From a virus: 64,000 bases of DNA. The notes under the pieces were generated by a model. The model worked only from the letters and a program-made list of their open reading frames with translations. It searched no databases and was not told the origin of the DNA. A program made the translations under genes and the position numbers. The DNA lies in the IMG/VR virus record IMGVR_UViG_3300035698_018280, positions 32,001 through 96,000 of that record, one strand, 5' to 3'. How positions within the stretch are numbered: the stretch's first letter is position 1; each line of letters starts with the position of its first letter. Of the stretch, positions 53,711 through 64,000 are shown one piece after another.

Positions 53711-56700
53711 TAGCCTCCTCCAGAATCATCATTGTCTTCGTCAACCTGATCTCCGATATCCCCAAATGTATCATCCTCTCCTAGTTCAGTGCCAAATCCT
53801 CCGATGCCAGCTTCGCCAGTGTAAAGCTCATTATAGATACCAAGCGAAACGACTCCTTGGCTTTCAAAATCCTTGGTATCAGCTAAAAGAACAACATTGA
53901 ATTCAGGAAGAATAAAAGGTACAGTTTTTTGTATAGCGCCAGGAATATCTTCTGTAATAATATTTTCATTACTATCGACAAATATTGGATTACCATTACC
54001 GTCAAGTTCTGGCACGACTCTAGCATCAATGTATATCTGAGAGGTAAATCTCTCTGTCTTATATATTAACTGTCGAACATTTTCCTTGTTAAATGCTGTC
54101 AACTGAGGATTATCTTCATCATCGCTCAAAGCCAAAATAGCAACTTGTTGAATACCTAAATTATCAAATGCAATCTGAGCGCCTACTGCATGAGCATTCC
54201 TATCATGGAATGTAGGCCAAATTATTGTCGAAACAGCAATTGCTGGTTTTTCAGCTATGCTTCCTCTGTTGATTCGAAAACCATCAATATAAGCGAATAC
54301 CTTAGCCGCATAATCAGCACCAGTCCATCCCCCAAATTTGGCCTTATAATTCTGATACTGATTAGCTACAGTAACTATCGCTTCAACATCTATTTTGATA
54401 TCAAATGTAACAAATTTTCTCAAACGATTAGTATCAGTTGTATATCTAAAACCAATTCTTTGTTCTATACCATTGATATAGACAGTAGGAATTACCCCGA
54501 GAATAATTTCACTTTGAAGAGACATTTTTCCAGGTGACTCCGAAATAAATAGTCTCTCCTCTGTTCCTACAAACAACTTGTCATCAATAAGATTCATCGA
54601 TGAGGGAGGAGAGAGGTAGGCTCCTCTATTCATTTGCGCAAAAGTAAAACCGAACTCAACAGCAGCATCATTCTCAATATCTGCTTCTATATTTGAAACA
54701 AAAACTCCAAGATCAGTTGTTATGTAAATACGATCCCGCCATACGAATAGTTTACGAGCAATTTCAACATCATCAAGTATAGTGATACGTTGAAACTCGT
54801 CTTCGCCCAATTTTCGTCGCCATACCATGAAGCGAGTTAGCGCATATATAGTATCGCCGTCCTTGAAGAAAGCGAAGATATTTCGTTGTTCCGGGAATTC
54901 ATCGCTGAAGTCCCATCTAACACCAGCATTCGGAGTTTCAAATATACCAAGCTCATTACTGACTATAACACGATCTCTCAGATCATCGTAGAACATAGCA
55001 AACGACTCAGTTGATCTTGGGCCGAAGATGGGAGTCTGCTCCCAAAAGAAAGAGCCTCGGCCAACATCTTTAACCAACTTGAATACGCCGATATCGGCAG
55101 AACAAAAAACCTGTCCGTTATTGTCTTCAACAATATCTCTGGCAACCTTAGCATTCTCCATGCCTCGAATTTCGTTCCATATACTAAAACCGCCTGCGGT
55201 TCCGCCGCCGGAGCCAAGAACTCCTCGGTTCGTCAGTGCAAAATAGAAATCATAAGTAGGCGAGTAAAACAGCTTAATGACTGGTGTAATCGGTGTAAAT
55301 CTTTTATCCCATGTCAGCCCAAAATCTTCGCTTGTATAGATACCATTACTTGTTGACGCCACAAGAATGTCGCCTTCTGATCCTTCTGCCAAAAGAACAT
55401 CATACCATGTAAGAGCTTGTCCAACTCTCTCAATTTCAGAATCTACAGGAGCAAATCTAAACCCATCATCAACCGCAAAGAAATCTTCTTGGATTGGTAA
55501 GAGGCGTTCCTTTATCCGTCCTTCATGATTGATTTCAGGAAGCTGAAACTCTTGAATAAGCCCATTAGAAACTTGTTGAGCGCTAGCCCCTTCAATTCTT
55601 TCGCGAGGTAAAGTATTCTGAACCTCAGTTAGATTGTCGAAAATAACAGATACCGTTGGAGGATCTTCAAACGGGAAAGATTCATCATCATCCGCAAAAA
55701 GACCGCCTCTCGTCAAACGAGTTTCAAACGTTATTCTGCCAATATCCTGATCAATGGTAAAGAAAATATCAAGATTTTCAGGACGTTCTCCATTTAAAAA
55801 TACAGTAAACGTTGTTGAATCTGTAAGATCTGTTACAGTAAAGTAATTCTGAAAATCATTTGTTGTCCAGTTAGTTATAACAAGAGTATCTGCAAGGTTA
55901 ATACGACGATCATCAATTTCAGTAAGATATTGATGCTTATGCGCCGCAATCCTAACTTGAGCTTCTTCCCGTATAGGATCTTCAAGGTCTTTGATGTTTC
56001 TAACATCTTCTAGATCAAATGTCATAACTCCGCTGTCTGTTACAACTTGTCCTATAAACAAAGCGCCAATAACAACCGCACTAGATTCAGTTACAAAAAG
56101 ATCAGCTTCATTACGGAATTTTCTAACAATATAATAATATACGCCGTCTGAATCAAGAACATCTTCATCAGTATAAGAAGTAACAGATGGAGCGACAGTA
56201 GCAATTCTCTCAAACGAGAATTTATTATCAAAAGATCGGAAAATTTCATAACCATCAAATTGACCAGCGGTAACATCCCATACCAAATCAACATCAACAG
56301 AATTTGAACCGCTAATAGTAGCAAGTAACCCTGATGGCTCAGGAAGGTCTCCTGTTCTCGATGGAGTCAATAGTACAAGGTTATAATCAAAGAACCCATC
56401 TTCAACCGGATTAAGAGATTCTCTCCCATAAATATCAATAGTCGTTACAAAATAAACATAGTTGATATCATTTTCAACTTCAAAATCATCAAACTCAAAT
56501 ACATCAGAACCGACAGTCTCGACAGCAACAAAATTGCTTGTAGAATAAAGTACCTGCTCTTCTGATCTATAAATTTTATAACCTGAAACAAATTCAAGAT
56601 TTGGTTTGTTCCACGCAATAGTTGCTTGCTTATCTCCCGCAACCCCAAACTGTTGGCTTGGAACAGGCGGCCTTGGAATATCGCTAAGATCAGGAATACT

Positions 56701-58293
56701 AAAAAAGCCAACAGCTTCATCGCCTTCGTTTCCAAACTCATCAACTGCTCTAATTCTAAACTCAAAATTAACGCCAGCCTCAATATCTCCTACCTCAATA
56801 ATATAAGATTTTGAAATACCAACATCTACTTCATCAAGAATCGTCTCAAGAGTGCTAGGAGAATCCGGATCAACCTTATCAATACTCAATAAGTTGTGAT
56901 CAAAAATAGAAACCGAATTCGCCCATGTAAGTAGCAGGCTTTGATCTTCCAACTGTTCAATATTTAATTGAGATGGAGGACGAGGAGATTCAAAAGAGCG
57001 AGTTGTATAAACACCAACTTTACCAACGCTTCTTAATCCATTGATATCGATAGCTCTAACCATGACAAAATATTGAGTTCTTGCTCGAATGGATCTATTG
57101 ACAATTCCGAATTCATTATCATAAGGGTACAATTTGAATGACCGTGTATTTCCTTCAGGTACCTCAATAAACTGAGAGACAATTTCTCCACCGTTTTCTC
57201 CATCGAGTTCCGTAATTTGTATTTCATGGGATACAGCAGCAGGACTAAGATCATACGGGTCACTAAATGGAACCCATTCTACAATAAGAGTAACATCAGA
57301 TATGATGCTATCTCCCTCTTCATCTGTAATAATAAGATCCACAATGTCCTTGGGACCATTAAACAAGTCAGGCGTACCGGAAACAGTTACTCCTTCAGAT
57401 TCAACACCATTTGTCCCAACAGACCTAAGTATAATTCTATATCTTTGCCCATTTAACAAATCTCCTAGCGTCATATAAAGCTGAGTTCCTGGAACTGAGA
57501 CAGAGAAGATATCGCCAGAAGGAATTCCTTCTACTGAGACAGGAGTTATATAGGCAACGTAATCGGCAATATCGCCAAATGCAGGACGCCAAATGAGATG
57601 CAATACTTCATCAGCAATAGTAACTTCAACCGTAGAAGGATCAGATGGAGGGGTTGTGTCTGTCTCCGTCAGAACTGCCAGAGATGCTGTCTGCGAACTT
57701 TCATTGCCAGTCTTATCTACAGAAGATAAACGATAATAATAAGTCGTATCATCATCAAGACCAGTGTCTATATAAGAATTACTACTTGTTTCAGCAAGAA
57801 GCGTGAATTCTATATTATCAAGACTTTTAAAGACCTTGAAGACACTGAAATCAATATCAGATATATCATCCCATGTCAAAGCAATAGACGTAACCGTAAT
57901 TGTTCCTGCCGCAAAGCTTGTTGGAACTATCGGCGGCGATGAATCTTCATGATCAATCAATTCTATATTAGAAAAAGCGCTCGTTTGACCAATTACTCCA
58001 GGACGACGTTTCATCCAAACATAAACAACATTGTTATCTAGTAATGTCTTTGTATATGGACCAATTGTTCTGGTAACAAAACGATCAATCATACCCATGC
58101 CTGCGGAAACTTGCAAGACGAGAGCGCTCTGCTCACTTAGATCCCAACCCTCGATGACTCCCTTGCCAATTAAATCAGCAAGAAAAGCAAAGTGGTTATC
58201 AATCTGAAGCATTCGTCTGCGATCAGCGGTTGCTGAGAACGCATCGCCAGAAACAAATGCTTTCAGTCCAAAGTGTGGTGTCTTTACAGGCAT
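53710..58293 (-). CDS. large FN3-repeat/beta-propeller putative tail or baseplate protein
   Basis: 1527 aa; phage-tail-like N-terminus (TPHFGL, GVIEGW..LQVSAG), about 6 FN3 repeats (YYYRLSSVDKTGNES, FRIRAVDEFGNEG), Asp-box SEDFGLTW. Confidence 0.8.
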   Translation of the reverse strand: MPVKTPHFGLKAFVSGDAFSATADRRRMLQIDNHFAFLADLIGKGVIEGWDLSEQSALVLQVSAGMGMIDRFVTRTIGPYTKTLLDNNVVYVWMKRRPGVIGQTSAFSNIELIDHEDSSPPIVPTSFAAGTITVTSIALTWDDISDIDFSVFKVFKSLDNIEFTLLAETSSNSYIDTGLDDDTTYYYRLSSVDKTGNESSQTASLAVLTETDTTPPSDPSTVEVTIADEVLHLIWRPAFGDIADYVAYITPVSVEGIPSGDIFSVSVPGTQLYMTLGDLLNGQRYRIILRSVGTNGVESEGVTVSGTPDLFNGPKDIVDLIITDEEGDSIISDVTLIVEWVPFSDPYDLSPAAVSHEIQITELDGENGGEIVSQFIEVPEGNTRSFKLYPYDNEFGIVNRSIRARTQYFVMVRAIDINGLRSVGKVGVYTTRSFESPRPPSQLNIEQLEDQSLLLTWANSVSIFDHNLLSIDKVDPDSPSTLETILDEVDVGISKSYIIEVGDIEAGVNFEFRIRAVDEFGNEGDEAVGFFSIPDLSDIPRPPVPSQQFGVAGDKQATIAWNKPNLEFVSGYKIYRSEEQVLYSTSNFVAVETVGSDVFEFDDFEVENDINYVYFVTTIDIYGRESLNPVEDGFFDYNLVLLTPSRTGDLPEPSGLLATISGSNSVDVDLVWDVTAGQFDGYEIFRSFDNKFSFERIATVAPSVTSYTDEDVLDSDGVYYYIVRKFRNEADLFVTESSAVVIGALFIGQVVTDSGVMTFDLEDVRNIKDLEDPIREEAQVRIAAHKHQYLTEIDDRRINLADTLVITNWTTNDFQNYFTVTDLTDSTTFTVFLNGERPENLDIFFTIDQDIGRITFETRLTRGGLFADDDESFPFEDPPTVSVIFDNLTEVQNTLPRERIEGASAQQVSNGLIQEFQLPEINHEGRIKERLLPIQEDFFAVDDGFRFAPVDSEIERVGQALTWYDVLLAEGSEGDILVASTSNGIYTSEDFGLTWDKRFTPITPVIKLFYSPTYDFYFALTNRGVLGSGGGTAGGFSIWNEIRGMENAKVARDIVEDNNGQVFCSADIGVFKLVKDVGRGSFFWEQTPIFGPRSTESFAMFYDDLRDRVIVSNELGIFETPNAGVRWDFSDEFPEQRNIFAFFKDGDTIYALTRFMVWRRKLGEDEFQRITILDDVEIARKLFVWRDRIYITTDLGVFVSNIEADIENDAAVEFGFTFAQMNRGAYLSPPSSMNLIDDKLFVGTEERLFISESPGKMSLQSEIILGVIPTVYINGIEQRIGFRYTTDTNRLRKFVTFDIKIDVEAIVTVANQYQNYKAKFGGWTGADYAAKVFAYIDGFRINRGSIAEKPAIAVSTIIWPTFHDRNAHAVGAQIAFDNLGIQQVAILALSDDEDNPQLTAFNKENVRQLIYKTERFTSQIYIDARVVPELDGNGNPIFVDSNENIITEDIPGAIQKTVPFILPEFNVVLLADTKDFESQGVVSLGIYNELYTGEAGIGGFGTELGEDDTFGDIGDQVDEDNDDSGGG

Positions 58294-58294
58294 T

Positions 58295-61200
58295 TTAAGT
58301 AATCTTCAGAGTTACAAACTGGTTTCCTTCAAGCTCAAACATAACAGAGAAATTCTTGACAACAGGGACATCGACATACGGGCCACAATAAATGTCAGTA
58401 TCAATATCGCGAGCCCTAAACGTAAACGAATTACTATTGTTTATAAATTGCAAGCCATCAAAAACATCAATCGACAGATAATATGTAACGCCTGTTTCAA
58501 AGGTTGACAATGTTGGCGGCTGATACGTTATAGTTTTTGTCTGACCGCCTAATATTGTTAAGCCTGATCCTGGGAAATCTGCATCATCAGCAATCCAACC
58601 AGAAGTATCATTTCCGCTATAAGCAGTAGTTAGAAGATCAGTTCTCTCAGCATTCTTGTAGAATCTTACTCGGAAGTGAAAATCATCAGCTATGCCAGAG
58701 TTCGTGAAATCAAAATCAATGATATCAACATATGTTGTACCGCATGCTTCTATAAACGATCGGTTATCAAAGATAGTCGAGAAAATACTTGAACCATTCT
58801 GCTCTTCAACCTTGATGAAGTAAAATGTGTTACAGCGTATTGGGTTTTCTCCAACTGGTACAAATGAATATTCCTTCGTAGATCCTGCTGCCAAAATAGA
58901 TCCAGTTGATTGGAAAATATCACCATCGTCTGTAAATCCCAATGTACTCTCGCCAGAATAAGCAATATAGACAGGCTCAGACAGAGAGAAATCGTCATAG
59001 AACGAAACTCTGTATTGGAATGTGTCATCGCTGCCAGAAGAGTTGGTATTAGCCCATTGGATAGCATTGAATGACAAGGCTGTATCATATGGACCATACT
59101 CGCCAAAATCATCGGCAATCGACTCGCCCTTACTTGGAGTAATGAGCTTGATAGCAACTCTAAGGTTATCGCCAATCTGGTCATCAGCAGTTGTGAAAAT
59201 ACGATTCTCGTCAATAACCTGGTAGTCTGCAAAGTCTACAGAGTTATTAGCATTGACTCCAAATACGATGTCGGCAGCAATAGGAATCATTTTAGTGCTA
59301 GTCAGTATACCGCTCTTAACTCTCGAAGGCAGAACAAAGTTTGTGGTAAAGAAGTGAGTTGAATCGCTAGCAATGCTTCGAACAATAACGCTCTGCAGAG
59401 AAGGGCTAAGGCCTCGAATCGAGCTATCCATAACAACTTTGAACTGAAGATACTGACCGCTGATAAACGATATATCCGCACTCTCATCCAGGCCATTGAT
59501 CTCGATTTCAAAGTCTTTATCAAGAACCTCATCTCTGGTATTACCAGTGCGAACGAATACGGTCAAAGAAGTATTCTCAGGGATCGTTGCGATCCAACTT
59601 ATGCGGTCCCATGAGACCAAGCTATTAGTACCATTGAATATCTCAGAGAAGTAAGTCCCTCTCTCTTCATCAACCTTATCAGCAGAATAAAATCTATCAT
59701 CGCCAGAAACCGTAAATTCAGGCAATGTATTACCAAACTCGTCAACCTCAAGGATGCGATTTCGATTAGTAAACTCAACAAGCTGCTCAAGCGTAATACT
59801 GTCAAAGAGAGTTGGATCTAATTCTGTTTGATTTTCGTCTAGGAATAAACTTGTTTCATTACCTGCTCGGTCAATCATCTTCATGTAAACATTTTTGACT
59901 GAAGTTGTAGCGCCAACCTTGAAAATGAAACCATCAGAGATAAACCATGGAACATCCCCAAGCCCTATAGCTATGTCCTTGATTCCTTCAGTATGAGTGA
60001 ATTTGGCATTCCAAACATTCTCAAGCGCAAAAAGCGTATTTCCGATTGAAGCGTATAGCGTACCGCCAACATTTCTCATAGCATAAACTGGGGCATTGAT
60101 AGTCTTGAACGAATGAACAAAGGCGTTATCAGGCAGTTTGCTTCTGCGAATAGTAGCGGATGATCCAGTGCCAGAGAAAACGAATTTCTTATCATTGACT
60201 TCTGCAAATCCAAGACTCAATATTCTTGAGTCAGCATTGACATCGAGAATCTGCTGTGTAGAGTTCGAAGGATCGAGACGATAGATACGACCTTCTGATT
60301 CTGTGCCTGCATATATTTCGCCTTTTGCTACAACCATTGATAATATGCCGCCGCTTATATTATCAAAAACAAGCTCGAACTGAAGTCCATCCCATGAATA
60401 AAGCTGTCCAATATCTCCGCCAGCGCCTATATAAAGCTTGCTCTCTAGCTCAACCGCATCGTAAGCATGAGCTACTGGCAAAGTTCCTATAATAGCATAG
60501 TTTTCGCCGTCTGTTGAAGCCCATAATTTTCCTATGCCGCCCTCAATGCCGGTTCCAATAATAAGAGTTCCCTGGTATTGCGTGATAAAATTGATCTGAC
60601 TATCTGTATTTCCATCATCAATAGTTGCCTTGAGCGACCAGGTTTCAGTAATTGCATCGAAGATATATATACTAGATGGAGATGCTGTTCCAGCAACCAT
60701 TTTCTGAGATCCATCAAGTCTGTCCCAGCGATATATAGAACTTCCGTTTCCAATAGGAAATTCAAATTCTTGAGTGATGCTATCAAAAACAACGCCAAGA
60801 TCAAAGTCTGAGATACTAGTGACAAAAGGAATAGGATCAAGAGGCGTTTCGCCATCTTCAGAAAAATTCGTAAAGTTAGAAACAACCAATTTATCAATAC
60901 CTGATGTCGCATCGAATGGAAGATACTCGTCGCCTTCAAGAATAGGATTGATATTAATACGGAACCTAGTCTGATCGACTTGCTCCCCAATTCTAATCTG
61001 GCCAACTGGAGGAATAGTGTCGAGAGTAATACGGTCAAACGGTAGGTCTGTTGTTTCATCATTAAGTTGAAGCGTATTGATATCGCCGCCTGTTTGCGCG
61101 TAGATACCCCCTCTTGCAGATAGCAGCTTCTCAATCCTGGTAGACTGGTTACCAAGAGCAATTTTAGCAGCATCATTTTGCTTAAAATCATTGACCAACT

Positions 61201-64000
61201 GGATATCGAATCTAATATTTATTTGAACAATATCGCTCGATTTCAATGGGTAATCAAAACGAAGGACTTGCTTATCGGGAGAGAATCTAAAACCACGAGT
61301 AATTTTGTTGCCGTTAAGAACGACCTCGTATAGAACATTTTTTGGGATCTCTCGATCTTCAAGGCCAACAATGCGGAAAGTTTGAAGATCATCGTTTCTT
61401 TGAGTCGTTATATCAGTTAGCGAGAAATCTTGACTAGAGAACTGCGTGATCTCTGCACGCTCTGTTTGGAAGGCATCATCAACAAATTCAATCTGATAAA
61501 CAGAACTTGTAACTGCAATAAACAGAACATTAGGATTCTTCCATCTGACTGCCATGACGTTATTGAAACGAGGAACAAATATATCTGGCTTGATATCTTC
61601 GATCCCCCTAATTGGAGCCGTCATATTTCCAAAATCAAGTTTTTCTAATGTAACGCCAGTCATCTTGTCTACGCCTGCTGTTGTTGCTATAAAGCGAACC
61701 GCAGTATTTTTAACAGCAATATCATTGACTTTATTAGAAGACATTCCATTAGACATAGTAAAGACAGTTGTCTGCCCATTCGAAAGTCTTACAAGACCAT
61801 TATTGGTTCCAATCCAAGCAACATCATTAGCATCAATCTTGACGACCTTAACAAGATTGGTTGGCAACCCGTTGTCGGTATTGTATATGATAGCATTTTG
61901 AGCCTCGATGGTTCTTGCTATCGTTGCATTATCTTTATTCGTTTTAATAGTTGCAACAATCTGATCTGTTGACAATACTGTTACGCCCTCGAACGAACCA
62001 ATAAACAGTCTATTACGACTATCTGTTTCTATAGATGTCGCTTCTATTGGTATGCCTGTTCCAGTTATCTTATAGAAGAAAGCGTGATCTATACTTACGA
62101 ATATACCATTGTTTGTAGCGAGGTACATATTGGAATTGCGATCAAAAACAATTCCTTTTATTTCGAGTCCATCAATACCAAACTCTTCGCCTGTAAAGAA
62201 GAATGTTTCATTCGTTCTATTCTTGAAGAATATGAGACCTTCATCAGTTCCTAGCCATGCGTCTCCTCGGTTATTAGAGGCTGTTGACAATACATTGGCG
62301 TTTGGCATATTGACGGTTGCAGGAGAAACAAAACGAATATTGAATGGAGTATAGTTCCCTCCAAGGTAGTATCGCAACTTGCTGATTATGTAACGAACAC
62401 CAATCGTATCTGAAAAATCTCCGAATCTAATTTCTTTGCGAAGGACCATTCCGCTGACATCGATATCTCTATCGAAGTAAGGATCAGGTATAGCTATATT
62501 ATAAACCGAAGCCCATGTTAGATCGAAAACCGCATCGCGAATGTTAGTGAAATGAAGTCCATTGTCTAGAACAACGCCAGTATTAGCAATCATCTGAGAT
62601 TCATAAAGAATATGTAATTGACCATCATAGAAAACCGGAGGAACCGCTGGTCGTCTAGACCAACGAGGATCTGGTTCTTCTATACGAACGTCAAATCCTC
62701 CGCCCCCGCCGCCAACGTTATGAGCCTTATTGCTACTTTCCCACTGTTGAACAGAACGATTGTATCTAGCCAAAAATAGTTCTGGTTGACCAAAGCTAAG
62801 ATTCTGATCTGAAAAATCATTATAAGGACTATACGGATCTACCGCAGTTGTCTCGCCTCTTTCAAAGACGACATATACGCTCGATGTTGCGGCTTCGACG
62901 GATAATTGAGGGAACCTAGAATCAAGATCACCTTTTGTTAGAATAACAATTGCTTTGGGGATAGTAAGTCGAGCATTTGTTATTCTGGCATGAATTTGGT
63001 AAGTGTTACTAACTTCTTCATGCCAGGCAAAGAAAATCAAGCCCTTGGTATCATCGATAATGTCAACAAAATCTGCTCTTGTACTTGATATACCAGAAAC
63101 CAAGAAATCGGAACCACCCTGACCACTACTATTCCAAGATGTATCTATTGTATTAGGAATATTTGTGCCGGCAAGACCTAACTCCGAAGCAGTCGTCTCT
63201 ACTCCTTCTACAGATACAGGCAGTACAGAAGAATCGGACTCTTTTGCATTATCAATTAATTGGACTGATAGCCCAGAAAGGCTACCGCTATTCGATGCCG
63301 CATAAATTTGACTGTTACCATCTTTTGTAAAGGCAGTCCATGCAAGCGTTATATCAACATCGCCTGCTATAATCTTAGGCCTATATGCTCCTGCTGTACT
63401 ATCGCTTATTCGAGTGTCGCTATACCCAAAACCGCTAGATTCCCACTGCCCGTTATTTCCGTTACGACGGCAATAGAAAATTTCAGGCTCAATGAATCTA
63501 TAATCTTCCCAGGCCAAATGAACGTTATTGTTCCTGTCAATAGCTATACTAGGAGCCAAAGAATTTCCTATATCATTTGCTACTAGATAAGGATCGGACC
63601 ATCCGCCTGCTGTTCTCTGAATAACGGATATATCTGTAAAATCAGATTGATGAGTTTCAAATGCAACATAAATAGTTCCATTGTCGTCTATAGCTATGTC
63701 TGGATTCGATGCGCCAAACTCGTCAGAAACAAGCAGCAGCGGAGTTGTCCATCCAGAAGAAGAATCGTACTCAGCAAAGTAGATCTGACGCTTACTTCCA
63801 TCTCCATCATCATGCCATGCGAGATAAATATTACCGCTATCGTCTGTGACGGTCGTAGGCCGCCCTGCGTTCGCTTGAGCAGACGATGGGGAAGTCATCT
63901 TCGACTCGGTTAAAAGCTCATATTCGAGAGACTGAGGGCGTTTGACATATATCTGTATATTTTCATCGCTACCTAGTATTCGAAACCTATTTGCTTCAGT
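58295..64000 (-). CDS. giant multi-propeller putative virion protein, 5'-truncated by the window edge
   Basis: The frame stays open from 63898 to 64000 (TEANRFRILGS...), so the start lies outside the window; repeats P.IAID..N.VH.AW.D, propeller repeats WIGT.NGL, Ig-like DTIPPVG...DRAGNE. Confidence 0.85.
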   Translation of the reverse strand, partial: TEANRFRILGSDENIQIYVKRPQSLEYELLTESKMTSPSSAQANAGRPTTVTDDSGNIYLAWHDDGDGSKRQIYFAEYDSSSGWTTPLLLVSDEFGASNPDIAIDDNGTIYVAFETHQSDFTDISVIQRTAGGWSDPYLVANDIGNSLAPSIAIDRNNNVHLAWEDYRFIEPEIFYCRRNGNNGQWESSGFGYSDTRISDSTAGAYRPKIIAGDVDITLAWTAFTKDGNSQIYAASNSGSLSGLSVQLIDNAKESDSSVLPVSVEGVETTASELGLAGTNIPNTIDTSWNSSGQGGSDFLVSGISSTRADFVDIIDDTKGLIFFAWHEEVSNTYQIHARITNARLTIPKAIVILTKGDLDSRFPQLSVEAATSSVYVVFERGETTAVDPYSPYNDFSDQNLSFGQPELFLARYNRSVQQWESSNKAHNVGGGGGGFDVRIEEPDPRWSRRPAVPPVFYDGQLHILYESQMIANTGVVLDNGLHFTNIRDAVFDLTWASVYNIAIPDPYFDRDIDVSGMVLRKEIRFGDFSDTIGVRYIISKLRYYLGGNYTPFNIRFVSPATVNMPNANVLSTASNNRGDAWLGTDEGLIFFKNRTNETFFFTGEEFGIDGLEIKGIVFDRNSNMYLATNNGIFVSIDHAFFYKITGTGIPIEATSIETDSRNRLFIGSFEGVTVLSTDQIVATIKTNKDNATIARTIEAQNAIIYNTDNGLPTNLVKVVKIDANDVAWIGTNNGLVRLSNGQTTVFTMSNGMSSNKVNDIAVKNTAVRFIATTAGVDKMTGVTLEKLDFGNMTAPIRGIEDIKPDIFVPRFNNVMAVRWKNPNVLFIAVTSSVYQIEFVDDAFQTERAEITQFSSQDFSLTDITTQRNDDLQTFRIVGLEDREIPKNVLYEVVLNGNKITRGFRFSPDKQVLRFDYPLKSSDIVQINIRFDIQLVNDFKQNDAAKIALGNQSTRIEKLLSARGGIYAQTGGDINTLQLNDETTDLPFDRITLDTIPPVGQIRIGEQVDQTRFRININPILEGDEYLPFDATSGIDKLVVSNFTNFSEDGETPLDPIPFVTSISDFDLGVVFDSITQEFEFPIGNGSSIYRWDRLDGSQKMVAGTASPSSIYIFDAITETWSLKATIDDGNTDSQINFITQYQGTLIIGTGIEGGIGKLWASTDGENYAIIGTLPVAHAYDAVELESKLYIGAGGDIGQLYSWDGLQFELVFDNISGGILSMVVAKGEIYAGTESEGRIYRLDPSNSTQQILDVNADSRILSLGFAEVNDKKFVFSGTGSSATIRRSKLPDNAFVHSFKTINAPVYAMRNVGGTLYASIGNTLFALENVWNAKFTHTEGIKDIAIGLGDVPWFISDGFIFKVGATTSVKNVYMKMIDRAGNETSLFLDENQTELDPTLFDSITLEQLVEFTNRNRILEVDEFGNTLPEFTVSGDDRFYSADKVDEERGTYFSEIFNGTNSLVSWDRISWIATIPENTSLTVFVRTGNTRDEVLDKDFEIEINGLDESADISFISGQYLQFKVVMDSSIRGLSPSLQSVIVRSIASDSTHFFTTNFVLPSRVKSGILTSTKMIPIAADIVFGVNANNSVDFADYQVIDENRIFTTADDQIGDNLRVAIKLITPSKGESIADDFGEYGPYDTALSFNAIQWANTNSSGSDDTFQYRVSFYDDFSLSEPVYIAYSGESTLGFTDDGDIFQSTGSILAAGSTKEYSFVPVGENPIRCNTFYFIKVEEQNGSSIFSTIFDNRSFIEACGTTYVDIIDFDFTNSGIADDFHFRVRFYKNAERTDLLTTAYSGNDTSGWIADDADFPGSGLTILGGQTKTITYQPPTLSTFETGVTYYLSIDVFDGLQFINNSNSFTFRARDIDTDIYCGPYVDVPVVKNFSVMFELEGNQFVTLKIT

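Noticed and set aside
1-64000. The many plus-strand and nested minus-strand ORFs of 60-220 aa in the ORF track
   Set aside because: They overlap well-supported minus-strand genes and show no recognisable motifs; they are shadow frames.
1-64000. Alternative genetic code (stop-codon reassignment)
   Set aside because: Genes are full-length under the standard code, and TAA, TAG and TGA all terminate genes at sensible positions.
50111-64000. Sialidase activity for the Asp-box propellers
   Set aside because: Asp-boxes are structural; I could not identify the RIP/Arg-triad catalytic motifs of sialidases.
40315-64000. Diversity-generating retroelement acting on the giant genes
   Set aside because: No reverse transcriptase or TR/VR pair was seen in the window.
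1-64000. Bacterial chromosomal origin of the window
   Set aside because: Single-strand coding over 64 kb, gp32-like SSB, UvsW-like helicase, divergent RecA/DnaB, many orphan ORFs and no housekeeping operons favour a large phage. No capsid or terminase gene lies in the window to prove it.

Overview
This window is best explained as part of a large (probably jumbo) double-stranded DNA phage. Every credible gene lies on the minus strand, tightly packed with overlapping stop/start codons and AGGAG-type ribosome-binding sites. I saw no rRNA, tRNA or CRISPR array. In transcription order (right to left) there are four blocks. (1) Four giant, acidic, modular proteins that are probably virion or receptor-binding components: >1900 aa (cut by the window edge), 1527, 1199 and 3264 aa. 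They carry FN3/Ig, LamG, Kelch and Asp-box propellers, a discontinuous vWA domain and a GH56 hyaluronidase-like domain. (2) A GT2-GT4-sulfotransferase-GT2 glycan cassette, followed by a Myb-repeat metallophosphoesterase. (3) A replication/recombination block: SF2 helicase, four orphan DNA methyltransferases, an intein-containing Ycf46-like AAA+ ATPase, DnaC-like loader, DnaB, a primase split across two genes, a DnaE split across two genes without an intein, gp32-like SSB, RecA, Cas4-like nuclease, SpoVS, Gam/Gp157-like protein and UvrD. (4) An apparently self-contained nonulosonic (sialic) acid operon: two DUF115/Maf-like transferases, NeuA, a short NeuB and a KdsC-type phosphatase. The strongest candidate for a new system is phage-encoded sialylation/sulfation glycan machinery alongside giant virion proteins with nested domains. 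All product calls come from motif recognition by eye; no database searches were run.
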